Origin: Octopus vulgaris
Lineage: Eukaryota
Assembly: GCA_951406725.2 (NCBI GenBank)
Contig: OX597817.1
Location: 170,438,001 to 170,502,000, forward strand
Direction: 5' to 3'
Length of the DNA: 64,000 nt
The position numbers and the translations under genes were made by a program. Shown piece after piece: positions 11,436 through 25,600 of this stretch. Positions within the stretch are counted from its first letter, which is position 1, and each line of letters begins with the position of its first letter. The notes below the pieces were generated by a model. The model saw only the letters and a list, made by a program, of their open reading frames with translations. It did no database searches and was not told the origin of the DNA.

Positions 11436-12169
11436 ATATATACATCATATATATATATGATATATATGTACAGCATATAAATGTGGCATATATGTGTATA
11501 GTTATGGTGTATAGTTATGGTATATGTATATATATATATATACAGTATAAGGATGTAGATGTGCAATATATAGATTTGGGGTATATGAATGATATATGAT
11601 ATATATGTACAATATAACAATGTAATGTGTGTGTAGAGTAAAGATGTGATGTAACAGTGTGTATATATATGTTTCATGTACAGTATATAGGTAAGTTGTA
11701 TATGTGGTGTACTGTGAAGAGATGTGTTTATGTATGGTGAGTGTATAAATGTGCTAATTCTATGGGTATAACATGTATATTGATATGCTAATTTTAAAGA
11801 CATAACAAGTGTGTAGATGTGCTAAATATGTACTGTGGCTATAGATGTTTTGTATATGTATGGTGTATGTATAATATATTTTACCTGTTTCAGTCATAAG
11901 ACTGTGGCCACGCTGGAGCACTGCCTTGAATTTTTTTTCTGTTTAATTGAATGAATTGACTCCAGTACTGTACTTTTTTTCTTTTTGTATTTGTATAGTA
12001 TATGTAAATGTTTTTTTTTTTTTTTTATGTGTCTGTATTGTATATATAAACTACTCTTGTAAACGATGCATTCTTGCAAATTTACTCTTCCTTCCCTGTT
12101 GCTGGCACCACCACCACCCAACACCACCACACATACTGCTATTGGCGTTTATTTATAGTAATCATTGAA

Positions 12170-13289
12170 GAATCCCCTGAAATCTTCTGCATCTTCCGTT
12201 TCCCTCACCGTTTTCTTTTTCTCCCTCCCGTTGCTTCCCCAAAGTGTCATGCTGACTAGAAACTTTTTTTTACTGGAAGCTCCAACAGCTGGAGACCGTG
12301 GAAACTGCTTTGCCTCTCAGACTTAGCTGCTCTGATCTCTTTCACAAGGCTGACAGTAGCATGCTTACCAAACAACAACAACGGCAGCAACAACAGCGGC
12401 AGCAGCAGTGCCGAGGACACGGAACGCATCAATTTACACTCTCACAACTTGTATGCACACTTGCGTGTGTGTAGACGCGTGCACTCTCTCTCTCTCCTAC
12501 CAGCGGAAGCAGCAGCTGGTGAGATGGACTGCTCTTTACATAGCATAACCGCCACCACCACCACCACCATTGACAACACCACCGCCTTCTTACTCGTAGC
12601 TACAGATATGGTCATCTGGCCTCCTCCCACCACACTGCATTACATATACCACACACATACAATCCACTAATAGTTGTGCAGTAGTTTTGCACGTTAGTTT
12701 TATATCTTTTAAAAAAAATTTATTACAGTTTGTTGTTTTTTTTAAAATTTATTTATTTATTTATTTATTTATTTTTTATTTACTTTTTATTGGTTTTCTA
12801 TTTATTGTTTTTTAACCCCTTTCGTCCTCCTTTCTTCCGAAATATTTTCTCCTTGCTCCAATGTTAGCCGGGTGTTCCCCAAATTTCTCCCTACCTTCCT
12901 GTTTCATCGCCTTCATCCATTTCTGTACAACAACACATCTGTATTATTATTTACCATAAAGGAATCAAAGAACAGCAGAAAACGATAACAAAAAAAAAAC
13001 CCAAAAAAAACCCCCCAAAAAAAAAAAACCCACCAAAAAAAACACAAAAAAACACGTTCACACTAACTCACTCACATACACACTCACACATGTGCACATA
13101 TATACACACACACACATGCACGCACACAAACTTCAAAACTAAAATTCCTCAACATTACAAGTTGGTCTAATGAATGAAATCAAAGACAGGTCTTCTGTCA
13201 CGTAGAGTAAATAATCGTATCCTCCACATAGATCTGGATTATTTCTAAAAATGATAGTCATTATCATCACAACTAAAATCCTAAAAATG
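12170..13289 (+). promoter_or_regulatory. Putative promoter, first exon and 5' UTR of an unidentified host gene, ending in ATG plus splice donor
   Basis: About 1.1 kb free of interspersed repeats, with CAG/CAA/ACC runs and CpGs; ends CTAAAAATG|GTAAGT (ATG 13287-13289, consensus donor 13290-13295). An in-frame upstream ATG at 13251 would give MIVIIITTKILKM. TSS not determinable. Confidence 0.5.
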
Positions 13290-13601
13290 GTAAGTCTTTT
13301 GCATCCTTTCCATTACTTTGCTTACATGCTTCCCCGCCCCCCACGTCTGCTACCACCACCACCACCACCACCACCACCACCACCACTATCCTTCTGCCTG
13401 TCCCTGATGCCCTAGCTGGCTTCTCACACCCTCCCTGCAATTAAAATGTCTGCTCCGTGGTTTCTTCCTACCAAATCTCCACCCTACCCCGCCACCTACT
13501 GCATGCACCGACTTTTTTATTCTCTTTTTTTTTTGTTGCCTCACATTGGTCCCTAAGAAACAGCTATCTTGTTTCCACAACTATAAGAAATAACATATAT
13601 A

Positions 13602-13660
<59 letters not shown>

Positions 13661-13663
13661 CAT

Positions 13664-13694
<31 letters not shown>

Positions 13695-14001
13695 CATGTA
13701 CATGTATGTATACATATATGCATATATATTTATGGATATGAAGACATATATACACACATACATACACATGCATGTATGTATATATATATATATGAATGAT
13801 ATCTGTGTGTGTGTTGTGTGTGTGTGTATATATATATACATGCTACACAGGCATATATAAACACACACACACACCATCTCAGTATGAAAGACGGACACTA
13901 AACAATATGATGATGACAAGAATGACTCACACATTCACATACACACATTTATATACACGCATATATATATATCCATGCATATATATACACACACACACAT
14001 G

Positions 14002-14035
<34 letters not shown>

Positions 14036-14047
14036 CATAGATACATA

Positions 14048-14091
<44 letters not shown>

Positions 14092-14349
14092 CATAGATAC
14101 ATATATCTATATATATATATATATACACACATATCTAATGTATTTATATTCATTATCAACTTTATCTTTTCTAAGTAAAGAATAAAAACATGGTCTAGTT
14201 GTTGTTGTTGTTGTTGTTATTCTTTGTGTGTTTGCTTGTAGTTGTTGTTGTTGTTGTACTTTAGGATATAAAACTAAAATTATCACTGCAATGAATATGT
14301 GTGCGGTTTGTACATTAGTTTATTTCCTGAAGATGTTGATGATGATAGT

Positions 14350-14380
<31 letters not shown>

Positions 14381-14719
14381 ATATGTATTGATTTCATTTC
14401 TTTTAGCATTAAAGCATCTTTTCCAGTTCCTTTTTTTACTTTGCTGTTTTGTATGTGAGTGTGTGTGTGGAGGGGGTATGTGTGCATATCTCTTTGTGTG
14501 TGTGTATGTGTGTTTGTGTATAAGAGCTGCGTGGTGGTTCACTCATGTTATCTCCAACTTGTTATCGATGTATATTTTATTTGTGCTGGAATGCTAAGTC
14601 AGGAATGGTGAGATTTGAACTTCTGAAATACGAAGCAACAAACTTAGATGCGGTAAAGAATCTAGTGTGGCTTCCCTACTACTACTACTAATACTACTAC
14701 TACTTGAACTAACCTTCTT

Positions 14720-17093
14720 AATGTTTCTAGCATAGGCACGAGGCCTGAAATTTGAGGGAAGGAAGAGATGTTGGAGTATATCAACCCCCAGTACTTCACT
14801 GGTATTTACTTTGTCATTGTTCCCCTGCCCCAGTAAAGAAGAAAGATTAAGGGTTAATGTTGACCTCTGAAAGATTTGAATCCAGAATGTAAGCAGCTAA
14901 AATAATTACTGCCCCCTTAACGATATGTTACTAATTTAGGCACATGGTCGACAATCTCGAGCACTAGTGAATTACTGGGGTCACCATCAACCACAGTATT
15001 TGACTGATATTTTGATTTATCGATACTGAAGGGACAAAGGACAATGTGGACCCTGGCAGGGTTTGAACTCTGATTGTAAAGAACTGGAACAAATTACTGC
15101 AAGGCATTTTTCTCATGCTCTGGTGATTCTACTAGTTTGGCATCTTAATTGATAATTGCTTCTTCGGCATAAGGATAGCATTATTTTTATGAGAGAAGGC
15201 TAATTGATCGGTACCATTCACCCCATTATTTTGAGGGTTGGAAAGCCCAATTGATATTGGCAGGACTTGAACCAAGGCACAAAGAGCCAGAACAAATACT
15301 GTGAGACATTTTGTTGGATGCTTCTCTGATTCGATTCTGCTTCCCCATAAGTGTCTCTAACATAGGGCACATAGCTTGGAATTTAGGGTAGGGAGTTAAT
15401 CAACTAAATTGACTCTGGTAATTAACTGATATTTGAATTTATCAACCTCAGAAAGGCGAAAGGCAAAGCTGGACTTGACAGAATTTGAACTGAGAACATA
15501 AAGAGCTGTAAAGATTCTGTAAGGTATTCTGTCTGCGACTCTAACAGTTCTACCAATCAATGCTTAATAATGTTAATTTGTGAAGATGGAAGTGGTTGTG
15601 GTAGTATGGCTTCTGATTCAACTCTGACAGGATAATTACTCCAATGCTATTATATACATACTCCCAACCCTGCTGTGGTATCTATACACACATGCATGCC
15701 CACATGGGCGCTCGTTCATATATACAAATGTGTACATAGGCACATACATGGACATATGGCAAAACACATGTACGCATTAGAACAGGTAGTTATTTGAGGA
15801 TGCCAAAGCATACACTTTAGCATGCACACACACACACACACAGGTGCATAAGCTTGCACATAGATAAATTATAGCAGCAACAGCTCAATAACTGCAACCA
15901 TAGCAGTAGTGAAAGTAATAACTAGACCAACTTTCCATAACATCAAGTGTAACAACAATAATAAGAAAGATTGCAATATCTCTCCCAACAACAACAACAA
16001 CAAAAAAATGCAACAGTTGTAATAATCCTTTCTACTTAAGGCACAATGTCTGAAAATTGGTGAGTTGGAGGGTGACTAGTTGATTACATTGACCCCAGTG
16101 TTTCACTGGTACTTAATTTAACGACCCTGAAAGGACGAAAGGCAAAGTCGACCCTGGCAGAATTTGAACTCAGGACATAGCGACAGACGAAATACTGCTA
16201 ACAATTCTTCCAGCTCGCCGCCTTAACATCAGTAGTAATAATGAGGAGGAGGGAAGAGATGTTTTAATTAAGTAGAAAAACTTTAGAATTATTGGAAAGA
16301 AGGATAAAGGTGAGGTTTTATGGTATTGATGCTTTTCTCAGTGTTCATGAGAACAAAAGTGATTTCTGTTGACTATGTAGAAGTCAGAATTTTGTAGAGG
16401 TGGGCAGGGATGGTTAGTGGAGGTTAATAACCAACTGGATCACCAATAATATTTTAATGGTGCTTATTGACTATACAAGAATAAAAAGTTGTGTTGACCT
16501 GTGTAAGATTTGAACTCAGAACAGCAAGGTACCTAGATAAGGTGGCATGGTCTGTCAAGTCTATTACATTTCTGCCTTAGCAGCCTTCGTGATGGTAGCA
16601 ATGAGAAAAAAAATGATGATATTAATAATAATTAACACAAGGCACAAAGCCTTAAATTGTTTTAGCTGGAGAGGACAGTTAATTATATTGACCCTAGTAA
16701 AGGTAGCGAGCTGGCAGAATCGTTAGCACGCCAGGCGAAATGCGTAACCGTATTTCGTCTGCTGTTACGTTCTGAGTTCAAATTTCGCCGAGGTCAACTT
16801 TTCCTTTCATCCTTTCGGGGTTGATAAATTAAGTACCATTTACGCACTGGGGTCGATGTAAACGACTTAATCTCTTTGTCTGTCCTTGTTTGTTCCCTCT
16901 ACGTTTAGCCCCTTGTGGGTAATAAAGAATTATATATTGACCCTAGTACATGACTAGTACTTAATTTTACCACCCTTGACAGGACAAAAGGCAGTCAACT
17001 TTGGTGAGATTTGAACTCAGAATGTAGGAAGCTGAAATAATTACTGCAAGGCATTTTGTCAGACACCTTAACAGTTCTACCAATCCATCACTC

Positions 17094-17126
<33 letters not shown>

Positions 17127-17350
17127 TAATAATGATAATCCTTTCTACTAAAGTCACAAGTCCTGAAATTTTTGGGGAGGGAACTAGTTGATTACATTGA
17201 CCCCTGTGTTTCACTGGTACTTAATTTATTGATCCTGAAAGGATGAAAGGCCAAGTCGACCTTGGTGGAATTTGAACTCAGAACATACAGCTGCAAGAAA
17301 TGCCACTGCGCTTTTTGTTCTGCATGCTAACGATGCTGCCAGCTCTCTGC
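14720..17350 (-). mobile_element. Cluster of about 8 degenerate B2 SINEs (family B head and core, different (ATT)n tail)
   Basis: Recurring GGCACAAGG..GAAATTTT..GACCCCAG..CTGGTACTT..GAAAGG..AAAGTCGAC..GAATTTGAACTCAGAA on the plus strand, all in the same orientation. Confidence 0.8.
16702..16930 (+). mobile_element. SINE family B nested in a B2 copy
   Basis: 16-bp TSD TATATTGACCCTAGTA on both sides. Confidence 0.9.
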
Positions 17351-18121
17351 ATTAAAATAATAATAATGATGATGATGATGATGATGTTAATGATTATTTT
17401 TCCATAAAATGGAGATGATGATGCAAGAAGTAGAACATGCACACACACACATACACACACACACTCTCTCTCTCTCTCTCTCTCTCTCCCCTACTCCTTT
17501 TTTTCAAACGAGTTTATTTCCTTCAAATTTTTATATAGAATTAATAAAATGGTTCCAGGTTCAATTCCATTATGTGGCACCTTGGGCGAGTGTCTTCTAC
17601 TCTAGCCCTGGGTCGACTAAAAGCCTTGTGAATAGATTAGGTAGAGAGAAACTAGCTCATTTTATATATGTGTGTGTTTGTTTGTTTGTGTTTGTCTCAA
17701 CTTCCAGTACTTGACAATCAGTCTTGGTTTGTTTTACATCTCCGTAACTTAGCAGTTTGGCATAACAGACCAATAGAATATTTGATTAAGACCCCTCAAG
17801 GCAGCGCCCCAGCATGGCCACAGTCCAATAACTGAAGCAAGTAAAAGATGAAAGATAAATATAATATTGTATTCATGTAATTATATTTAATTTAATTATA
17901 TCAATATAATATTATAAATATAATAATATATTTATATAATTATATTTGATTTCATTATAACTATATAAATATAACCAATCTTAATATATTTGTACTCTAA
18001 AATGCTTCAAAATTAAGGACAACAATGAATAAAAGGAATTTTTAATCAAGAAATTATCTATATGAAGAGAATTTATATTTTGTCTGTCAGTCTCTCTCTC
18101 CCCCCCCTCTCTCTCCCCCCC

Positions 18122-18155
<34 letters not shown>

Positions 18156-18445
18156 TTATGTATATATATGTATGTATATATGTATGTATATATATATATA
18201 TGTATGTATATATATATATATGTATATATATGAATATATATATAATGTATATATATGTGTGTATATGTATATATATATATATATATATGTGCATGTGTAT
18301 ATATATTTATATGTATGTATATGTATATATATGTATATATAAATATATGTATGTATATATATGTATGTATATGTATATATATGTATATATGTATATATAT
18401 GTGTGTGTATGTATATATATATATGTGTGTGTATATGTATATATA

Positions 18446-18476
<31 letters not shown>

Positions 18477-18497
18477 GTGAATCCATATATGTGTATA

Positions 18498-18542
<45 letters not shown>

Positions 18543-18740
18543 AATAGATGAGTGTATTTTACCTTGTTAACAATTAACACAGATAAATGAATGAATAGTT
18601 ACCAGGGCAGCAAAAATCTCACAAGTAAAGATGTTGTAACTCCTTGTTTATAAAGGTTGAAACTTCGTGTTTACGTTGAATATTTGAATAATAGGAATAA
18701 AAAATACTTGTTTAAACCTGCGTTAACTCCATTTTTTATT

Positions 18741-18803
<63 letters not shown>

Positions 18804-19121
18804 ATATCTCTATATATATGCGTATATATATATGTGTGTGTATCTATATATATGTGTGTGTGTATATATATGTATGTATGTATGTATAGGTAAGTAAAGT
18901 TAGCGGTTGGAGTAACTGTCTAAGGTAAAAGAAATCCATTTTACTACCGGTATAAATTACCTATGTTAACCCTGGGCATGGATATGCAAGCATACTATGC
19001 CCATTGGATACAGGTAGTAAGAGAATAAACAAGAATCAGGAATCAAATGTAAAATAAGCAGAAAATGGAGTTTACTTTCAGTAGTGAGTCCTGTTTACAA
19101 TTCAAATGGACACATTATTGA

Positions 19122-19333
19122 GGCAGTGAGCTGGTAGAATCGTTATCATGCCAGGCAAAATGCTTAGCAGCTTTTCATTCGTCTTTACGTTCTGAGTTCA
19201 AATTCTGCTGAGGTCAACTTTGCCTTTCAACCTTTTGGGGTCGATGAAATTAGTACAAGTTACGTATTGGGGTCGATCTAATCGACTAATCCCCTCCACC
19301 AAAATTTCAGGCCTTGTGCCTTTAGTAGAAAGG

Positions 19334-19366
<33 letters not shown>
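19122..19366 (+). mobile_element. SINE B2, full length, (ATT)n tail
   Basis: B-type head and core then CCAAAATTTCAGGCCTTGTGCCTTTAGTAGAAAGG(ATT)n. Confidence 0.85.
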
Positions 19367-19489
19367 GAGTGAGAGAGCAGTGCATGCCATCAAAGTGACA
19401 CTGGGGTAAAATATACAAAGCCCTATCATGCTTAGCCATCTGATAAGGGTACACCAGGCACATGCATCACAACCATATTTGTGTGACAT

Positions 19490-19760
19490 GGTGATCTCGT
19501 ATCTTGTGAAAGGTAGGAGAGTCCAGTTTGCTGGACATTGTTGTAGAGCTGAAAAAGAAGTAATTTCTCCTCTTCTCCTCTGGAAGCCATCTACTCGCAA
19601 TACCAGAGGATGCACACTCTCCTACCCTGATGTAATCTCCAGGGATACAGGCATCCAGCAACAGGACCTCCGTAATGCCATGATGGACCGTGAAGTCTGG
19701 CGTAGCATGGTAAATTCCATTGTCTCGACCACGGTCGAACAATGATGAATGATGATGATC
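19490..19760 (+). pseudogene. 5'-truncated RTE-clade LINE, C-terminus of the RT ORF plus (TGA)n tail
   Basis: Translates RRVQFAGHCCRAEKEVISPLLLWKP...YPDVISRDTG...AMMDREVWR, the typical RTE C-terminal signature; stop at 19745 followed by TGA repeats. Confidence 0.85.
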
Positions 19761-20905
19761 AAGATAAACAGTGCATGACCTTACAGACGGGGGCCCAGTT
19801 AGAATTTTCTTCAGCTTACTACCTAATAATAATAATAATAATATTGGTTTCAAATTTTGGCACAAGGCCAGTAATTTGGGGGGAGGGGGTAAGTCAATTA
19901 CATCGATCCCAGTGTTCAATTGGTACTTATTTTATTAACCCCCAGAAGGATGAAAGGCAAAGTTGATCTCGGCGGAATTTGAACTCAGAATGTAAAGTTG
20001 GAAAAATGCTTGGCAGCATTTTGCATCTCACTGTAAAGAATCTGCCAGCTCACAGAATAATAATAACAATAATAATAATAATAATAATAATAGTTTCTAA
20101 TATCAATTGTTTCCAATGTAACCACAAGATCAGAAATTTGGTGAGGTGAAGCTAATCAGGATTGACCTTGGCAGGTTTTGAGCTTAGAGCACAAAATGTG
20201 GAAAGAAATACTGCAAGATATTTTGTCTGATGCTCCAGCATTTCTGTCCATTCACTACGAGTAATCCTTCTGATACCAACCTATCTGAGACCACCTTTGG
20301 TCCTTTGAATATAAACTCCCGTTTTAAAGTGGTTTTAATTAACCTATTAACAACCAGTGTCCCATTTTGGGACAGTGATTTAAATTTAATATAAATATTA
20401 TAAAGAATTGTGTGTTCTTTTGTTATATACTTCATATTTACCGTATTCCCAATTTACCATTAAAATTAGCATATATGCTTTCATAATTGGGGAGAAATAT
20501 GATCAAAGAACTTTTCAAAGCTAAGAAAATGTAAAAATTTACAAATAATATTCATAGTTGAATCATAGCTTTCCATCAGAGATTCATGTTAATTTGTGTT
20601 CCATATACCAACTTAATAAATTCTCAATTATTTTCAAATATTAATTGAAACAAAGGCAATGCATTTCATTAGAGATTTAGCAACAAAGGGGTTAATAATT
20701 GTTTCTGATTTTGGCACAAGGCTAACAATTTTGATGGGGGTTGAGGTAGCCAATTACATTATCTTCAGTACTTGACTGTTACTTTATTTTATCAACCCCA
20801 AAATGATGAAAGGCAAAGTTCACCTTGGTACAAACAGAACTCAGAAATTTGAAATAATCACTATTAATTATTTATATTTTAATCATAAACATTTATGTAA
20901 CATAC

Positions 20906-21134
20906 TTAACCCTTTCATTACTGCATTTATTTTCAGATGCCCTGTGTTTCTTTCAATTACTTTAAATATAACAAAAAAATTAGTAAAATAACTTGGTTAT
21001 CATTCAGCTAGTGTTAGGAACATAAATTGTGACTAAGGTATGGTAGAAGATTTTAATTCAGAACTTATAAAAACAAGACATTTGTACTACAGGGCCAGAG
21101 GCAGTTTCAGATGGGTTGGTAACGAAAAGGTTAA
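20906..21134. mobile_element. piggyBac-like MITE family P1
   Basis: TTAA-CCCTTTC...GAAAAGG-TTAA; an inverted copy lies at 25760-25988. Confidence 0.75.
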
Positions 21135-21519
21135 TGCATCAGGCAAAATTTTTTGTGAATTTTATTCTGGCTATTTATGTCCTAAATTCCAATTCCAATG
21201 GGGTCAACTTTGCCTTCCCTCCTTTCAAAATCAATAAAATAAATACCAGTCATGTACTGGGGTTGATGTAACCAATTATCCCTCTCACCCAACCAAAATT
21301 TTTTGTCTTGTGCCTAAAGGGTTAATGTAAATGCTTTGTGGAAAGGCAAATTTACTGCAGTATTTCTTCTGAGATAACATCACTTATGGATGTGCTGTAT
21401 CGGAGGGAGACGATGGCATAACATTTGCCCATTCATTGGTTGGAGAAGTAAACACTAAATCATTCAGTAATTAGATCAATATAGATTAAGCATTAATTAG
21501 TACAATATAGGTTTGTTAT

Positions 21520-22360
21520 TTTATTGTTGTGGGTGTGTTGCCCCTGAACCAAAACCACTCTTTCTCTCCAAGGTCCCACTCCCTAACAGTTTTGAGGTCT
21601 TCTATTTGTAACTTGACATCACATGAGAGCTGGTCATTGTATGTCATCTGACACGAGAATTTCCATGGTTCAGGATCCACAAAAGGAGCTCACTCACTAA
21701 TTCCTCTTTTCTTTGATAGCAGTGACCAGCATATCTTGTCTTCTGCTCTCCGATAATTGATGATGTTTTGGGGGATGTTTCCATAAGGCTCTTCTTTCAT
21801 TGGATTTTGTTCTCTGGATTTGTCGAGAACAACCTGCAGCACTCATGTGCAGGTCCTATCAAGCTTGCTTTCTATCTTTTTTGTCGGAGTTCAAGGTGAG
21901 GGACCGTAAAGAAGAACTGATTCTACTTATAACTCTGAAGAATTCCCTTTTCGTCTGGTCAGGCAGTGTAGATTTACTTTTACTTTTTTCAGTCATTTGA
22001 CTGTGGCCATGCTGGAGCACCGCCTTTAGTCGAGCAATTCGACCCTGGGACTTATTCTTTGTAAGCCCAGTACTTATTTTATCAGTCTCTTTTGCCGAAC
22101 CGCTACATGACGGGAACGTAAACACACCAGCATCGGTTGTCAAGCAATGCTAGGATAGCAAACACACACACACAAACACACACACACACACACACATATA
22201 TACGACTGGCTTCTTTGAGTTTCCATCTACGAAATCCACTCACAAGGCTTTGGTTGGCCCGAGATGCCATGCAGTGGGACTGAACCCGGAACCATGTGGT
22301 TGGTAAGCAAGCTACTTACCACACAGCCACTAATTCGTCCAGTGCAGTCCATGCTTTTTC
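21520..22360 (-). pseudogene. Degenerate RTE-clade LINE RT fragment interrupted by a SINE A
   Basis: Minus-strand translation with stops and frameshifts: KAWTALDEL / TLPDQTKREFFRV / VESVLLYG..TKKIESKLDRT / RYAGHCYQRKEELVSELLLWILNHG. Confidence 0.8.
21974..22330 (-). mobile_element. SINE family A inserted in the RTE relic
   Basis: Reverse complement of family A; another minus copy lies at ~22575-22948. Confidence 0.9.
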
Positions 22361-23589
22361 AGGGGGTGAGATATCACTTCCAATATAAATGATAAGGGAA
22401 ATACAGATTAAGCATTAAATAATTAGTGAAATGTAGACAAATCTTAAGTTATTACTGAAATAAACCCCAATCATTTCAGTAATTTGGAAAATAAACATGT
22501 ATGTCTAATAATTAATGACATAACAGTAACAAGTTGTTAATTACTGAAGTAAACACTTATAATTAAATATATTCTTTTACTTGTTCCAGTCATTTTGACT
22601 GTGGCCATGCTGGAGCACTGCCTTTTAGTCTAAGAAATTGGCCCCTGGACTTGTTCTTTGTAAACCTGGTACTTATTCTATCTGTCCATTTTGCTGAACT
22701 GCTAAGTTACGGGGATGTAAACACACCAACATCAGTTGCCAAGCGATGGTGGGCAAGCAAATACAGACACAAGTACACAAATATATTCATATATATTTAC
22801 GATAGGCTTCTTTCAGTTTCCATCATAAGGCTTTGGTCAGCCCAAGGTTATAGTAGAAGACACTTGCCATAGGTGCCACGCAGTAGGATCGAACCCTGAA
22901 CTATGTGGTTGGGAGGCAATCTCCTTACCACACAGCATACCTGCACCTATACAGTGAAAAAATACTAAATTCATAGAATAATAAACACTAATCATTCAGT
23001 AATTAGTGAAGTAAATACTGTTAATAATTAATAAAATAAACACTAACCATTAAATAATTAATGGAATATACACTGATAATTAAGAAATTAGATCTTTTTT
23101 TTTTTGTTTTGCCGAGTGTTCTTTTTATGATGTGGTGAAACATAGCAACTGGATAGGTGGTAGGGGCAACTACGATGAATTTATTTCAATTTCTAGGCTC
23201 TCTAGATTATATTTACAATAGGAAATGAACTTCACAGCAACACTGTATAACTGACAAATAGTTTGTTTGCTTGTGTGAACAAAAAACACTTGTTGATTAC
23301 ACAGTGCTCCTGTAACTTACTACTACTACTACTTTACCTGGTGGTGATGGTGACTGGGGATGCTGATGATGGGAATGGAAAATGACAATATCGACAGCAG
23401 TCATTATCTTTATCAGGATGATGATAATGATGATGATGGTGGTGGTGGTGGTGGTAGATATTAGTAAAGTTTGACAGATAAATAATTTTCCTCGCAATTT
23501 CAATCAACAATCAATCAAGATTCTGAGAGACGAAAGATAAAATAATTAAGAAACCTAATTTTTTCTTCTAATTACTTGATGATGAAGGA

Positions 23590-23679
23590 GAAAGTCATCA
23601 CCATTACTGACACCTTCACCACCACCGCCACCACCACCACCATTACTTGTACTACTATTACCACTACCACCATTACTTG

Positions 23680-23712
<33 letters not shown>

Positions 23713-23792
23713 CACCACCATTACTTGTACTACTATTACCACTACCACCATTACTACTACTACTACTACTACTACCACCAACACCACCACAC
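23590..23792. repeat. (ACC/ACT)n trinucleotide tract with a ~30-bp subunit
   Basis: ACCACCATTACTTGTACTACTA occurs three times amid ACC/ACT runs. Confidence 0.9.
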
Positions 23793-24619
23793 TAATGGTA
23801 AGGACTCAAACTGAAGCACATATTCTGCATTCAGATCTGGCTGCAGTTGACTTTGCTAATTCCTGATCAGCCATTCTAGTAACTGCTGTTACTCCCCTAG
23901 TTTAACCCCCCCTCCTCCTCCTCCTCCTTCCCTCCCCCTCCTCTATCTCCGTGTTATTTGTTTTGTTTAGCATTAGTATTTGTTTTTGCCTCTTTCTTCT
24001 GGTCTTGTATATTTTCAGTTGCATGTGTTTGTGTGTGTGTGTGTGCACGCTTGCATGTCAGTCATACTTACTCTCCTCTGTATCAAGCATTAAAATTAAT
24101 CTTATTGTTTGATCTCCACCCCCCCATTTCATACAAATCATCATCATTGTCATCATCATCATCATCATCATCACTACCAGTAGTTATTACCATCACTGCT
24201 ACCACCACCACCACCACCACCACCACCACCAGCAATAAAGGAACCTCTGTGTCACTCAATCTATTGAAAATAGCCTGATCTCCCTCGTAGCACTCCTCCC
24301 ATCTTAAAAAAAAGAATAAACACATATTGGACAGTGGTTTCTGGGTTATACTGAGGTTTGAATAACAGATGAGGTTGTCATGGCTAGAATGCCATTGATT
24401 GAAAATCTGCTTAATTAGAACTGATCTGGTGCTAATCATTACCACCACCACCACCATTACCAACAGCAACAACAATAGCAATGTTTTTAATAGTTTCTGT
24501 TTTTGTTTTTTTTCCCTGCTCAACGGGGTTGGTCAGGCCTGTTATACATCATATAACAAATCACTTTTGTCATTAAGTCAATTCTTGTGTAATGTCCACC
24601 TGGTCGTTGTGATGATAAT

Positions 24620-25566
24620 CATCATCATCATCATCATCATCATCGTTTAACGTCCGTTTTCCGCGCTAGCACGGGTTGGACGGTTCGACCGGGGTCTGGG
24701 AAGCCAGGGGCCGCTCCAGGCTCCAGTCTGATCTGGCAGAGTTTCTACGGCTGGATGCCCTTCCTAACGCCAACCACTCCGTGAGTGGAGTGGGTGCTTT
24801 TACGTGCCACCTGCACAGGGGCCGGGGGATCCGGCATCGGTCACGATCGGTTCGAGCTTTTTAACGTGCCCGCGGCACGGGGGCAACAGGGATCCGGGGT
24901 ACTTGGAATGGGTGGGGGTGGGGAAGGTTGGGGGGTAAGGAGGAACGATGGCAAAGGAGGAACGATGGCAGGAAGGGTTGGTGCAGGTTCGTAAGAAATA
25001 AAAATGTAGGATAATTACGAGGCGGGAAGGGCACTGGAAGGAGATAGTCGGATTGAGGCAGTGTCAGATTCAAAACAGGAGGAAGCGTAAGATCAGTGGG
25101 CGGTTGAAGAGCTGTGACGCTAGTAGCTTGTCTTTTCACAGTGAAAGCATATGAGGAGAAGGGGTAGGAAGGGGTGGTGGGGGAGGAGGAGGGAGTATCC
25201 GGTGTAGATGGTGAGAACAGTGTTCACCGGTATTGGTGGTGGGGGTGGGAGGGCGGGCGCACCGCGCATTGGGAGAAGATGAGGTTTTAGGCGGCAGAAG
25301 ATGAGGTTTTAGGTGGCAGAAAGAAAGAGAGACAGGATTTGAGATGAAATGCTTTGCGGTGGTGTGAATAAGTTTTTGTGAGTGAAAGTTTTTATGCTTC
25401 AGCTAGCATTTGAGACGAAAGAGAACGATAACGCTAATAGATGGGGATACAATAATAATAAGGCTTGCAAAAACAATGAAAAGAGGAAACAGGTCGGGAA
25501 CTTACCTGTGTTTTTCATCCTGCGGTATTGGCTAAGCCTGTGGAAGCGAGTGAAGGTGAGATATAT

Positions 25567-25600
<34 letters not shown>

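Noticed and set aside
23576-23866. Thr-rich mucin-like ORF with ATG|GTAAGG at 23795-23803
   Set aside because: Explained by an ACC/ACT microsatellite; the donor-like site is noted but has no independent support.
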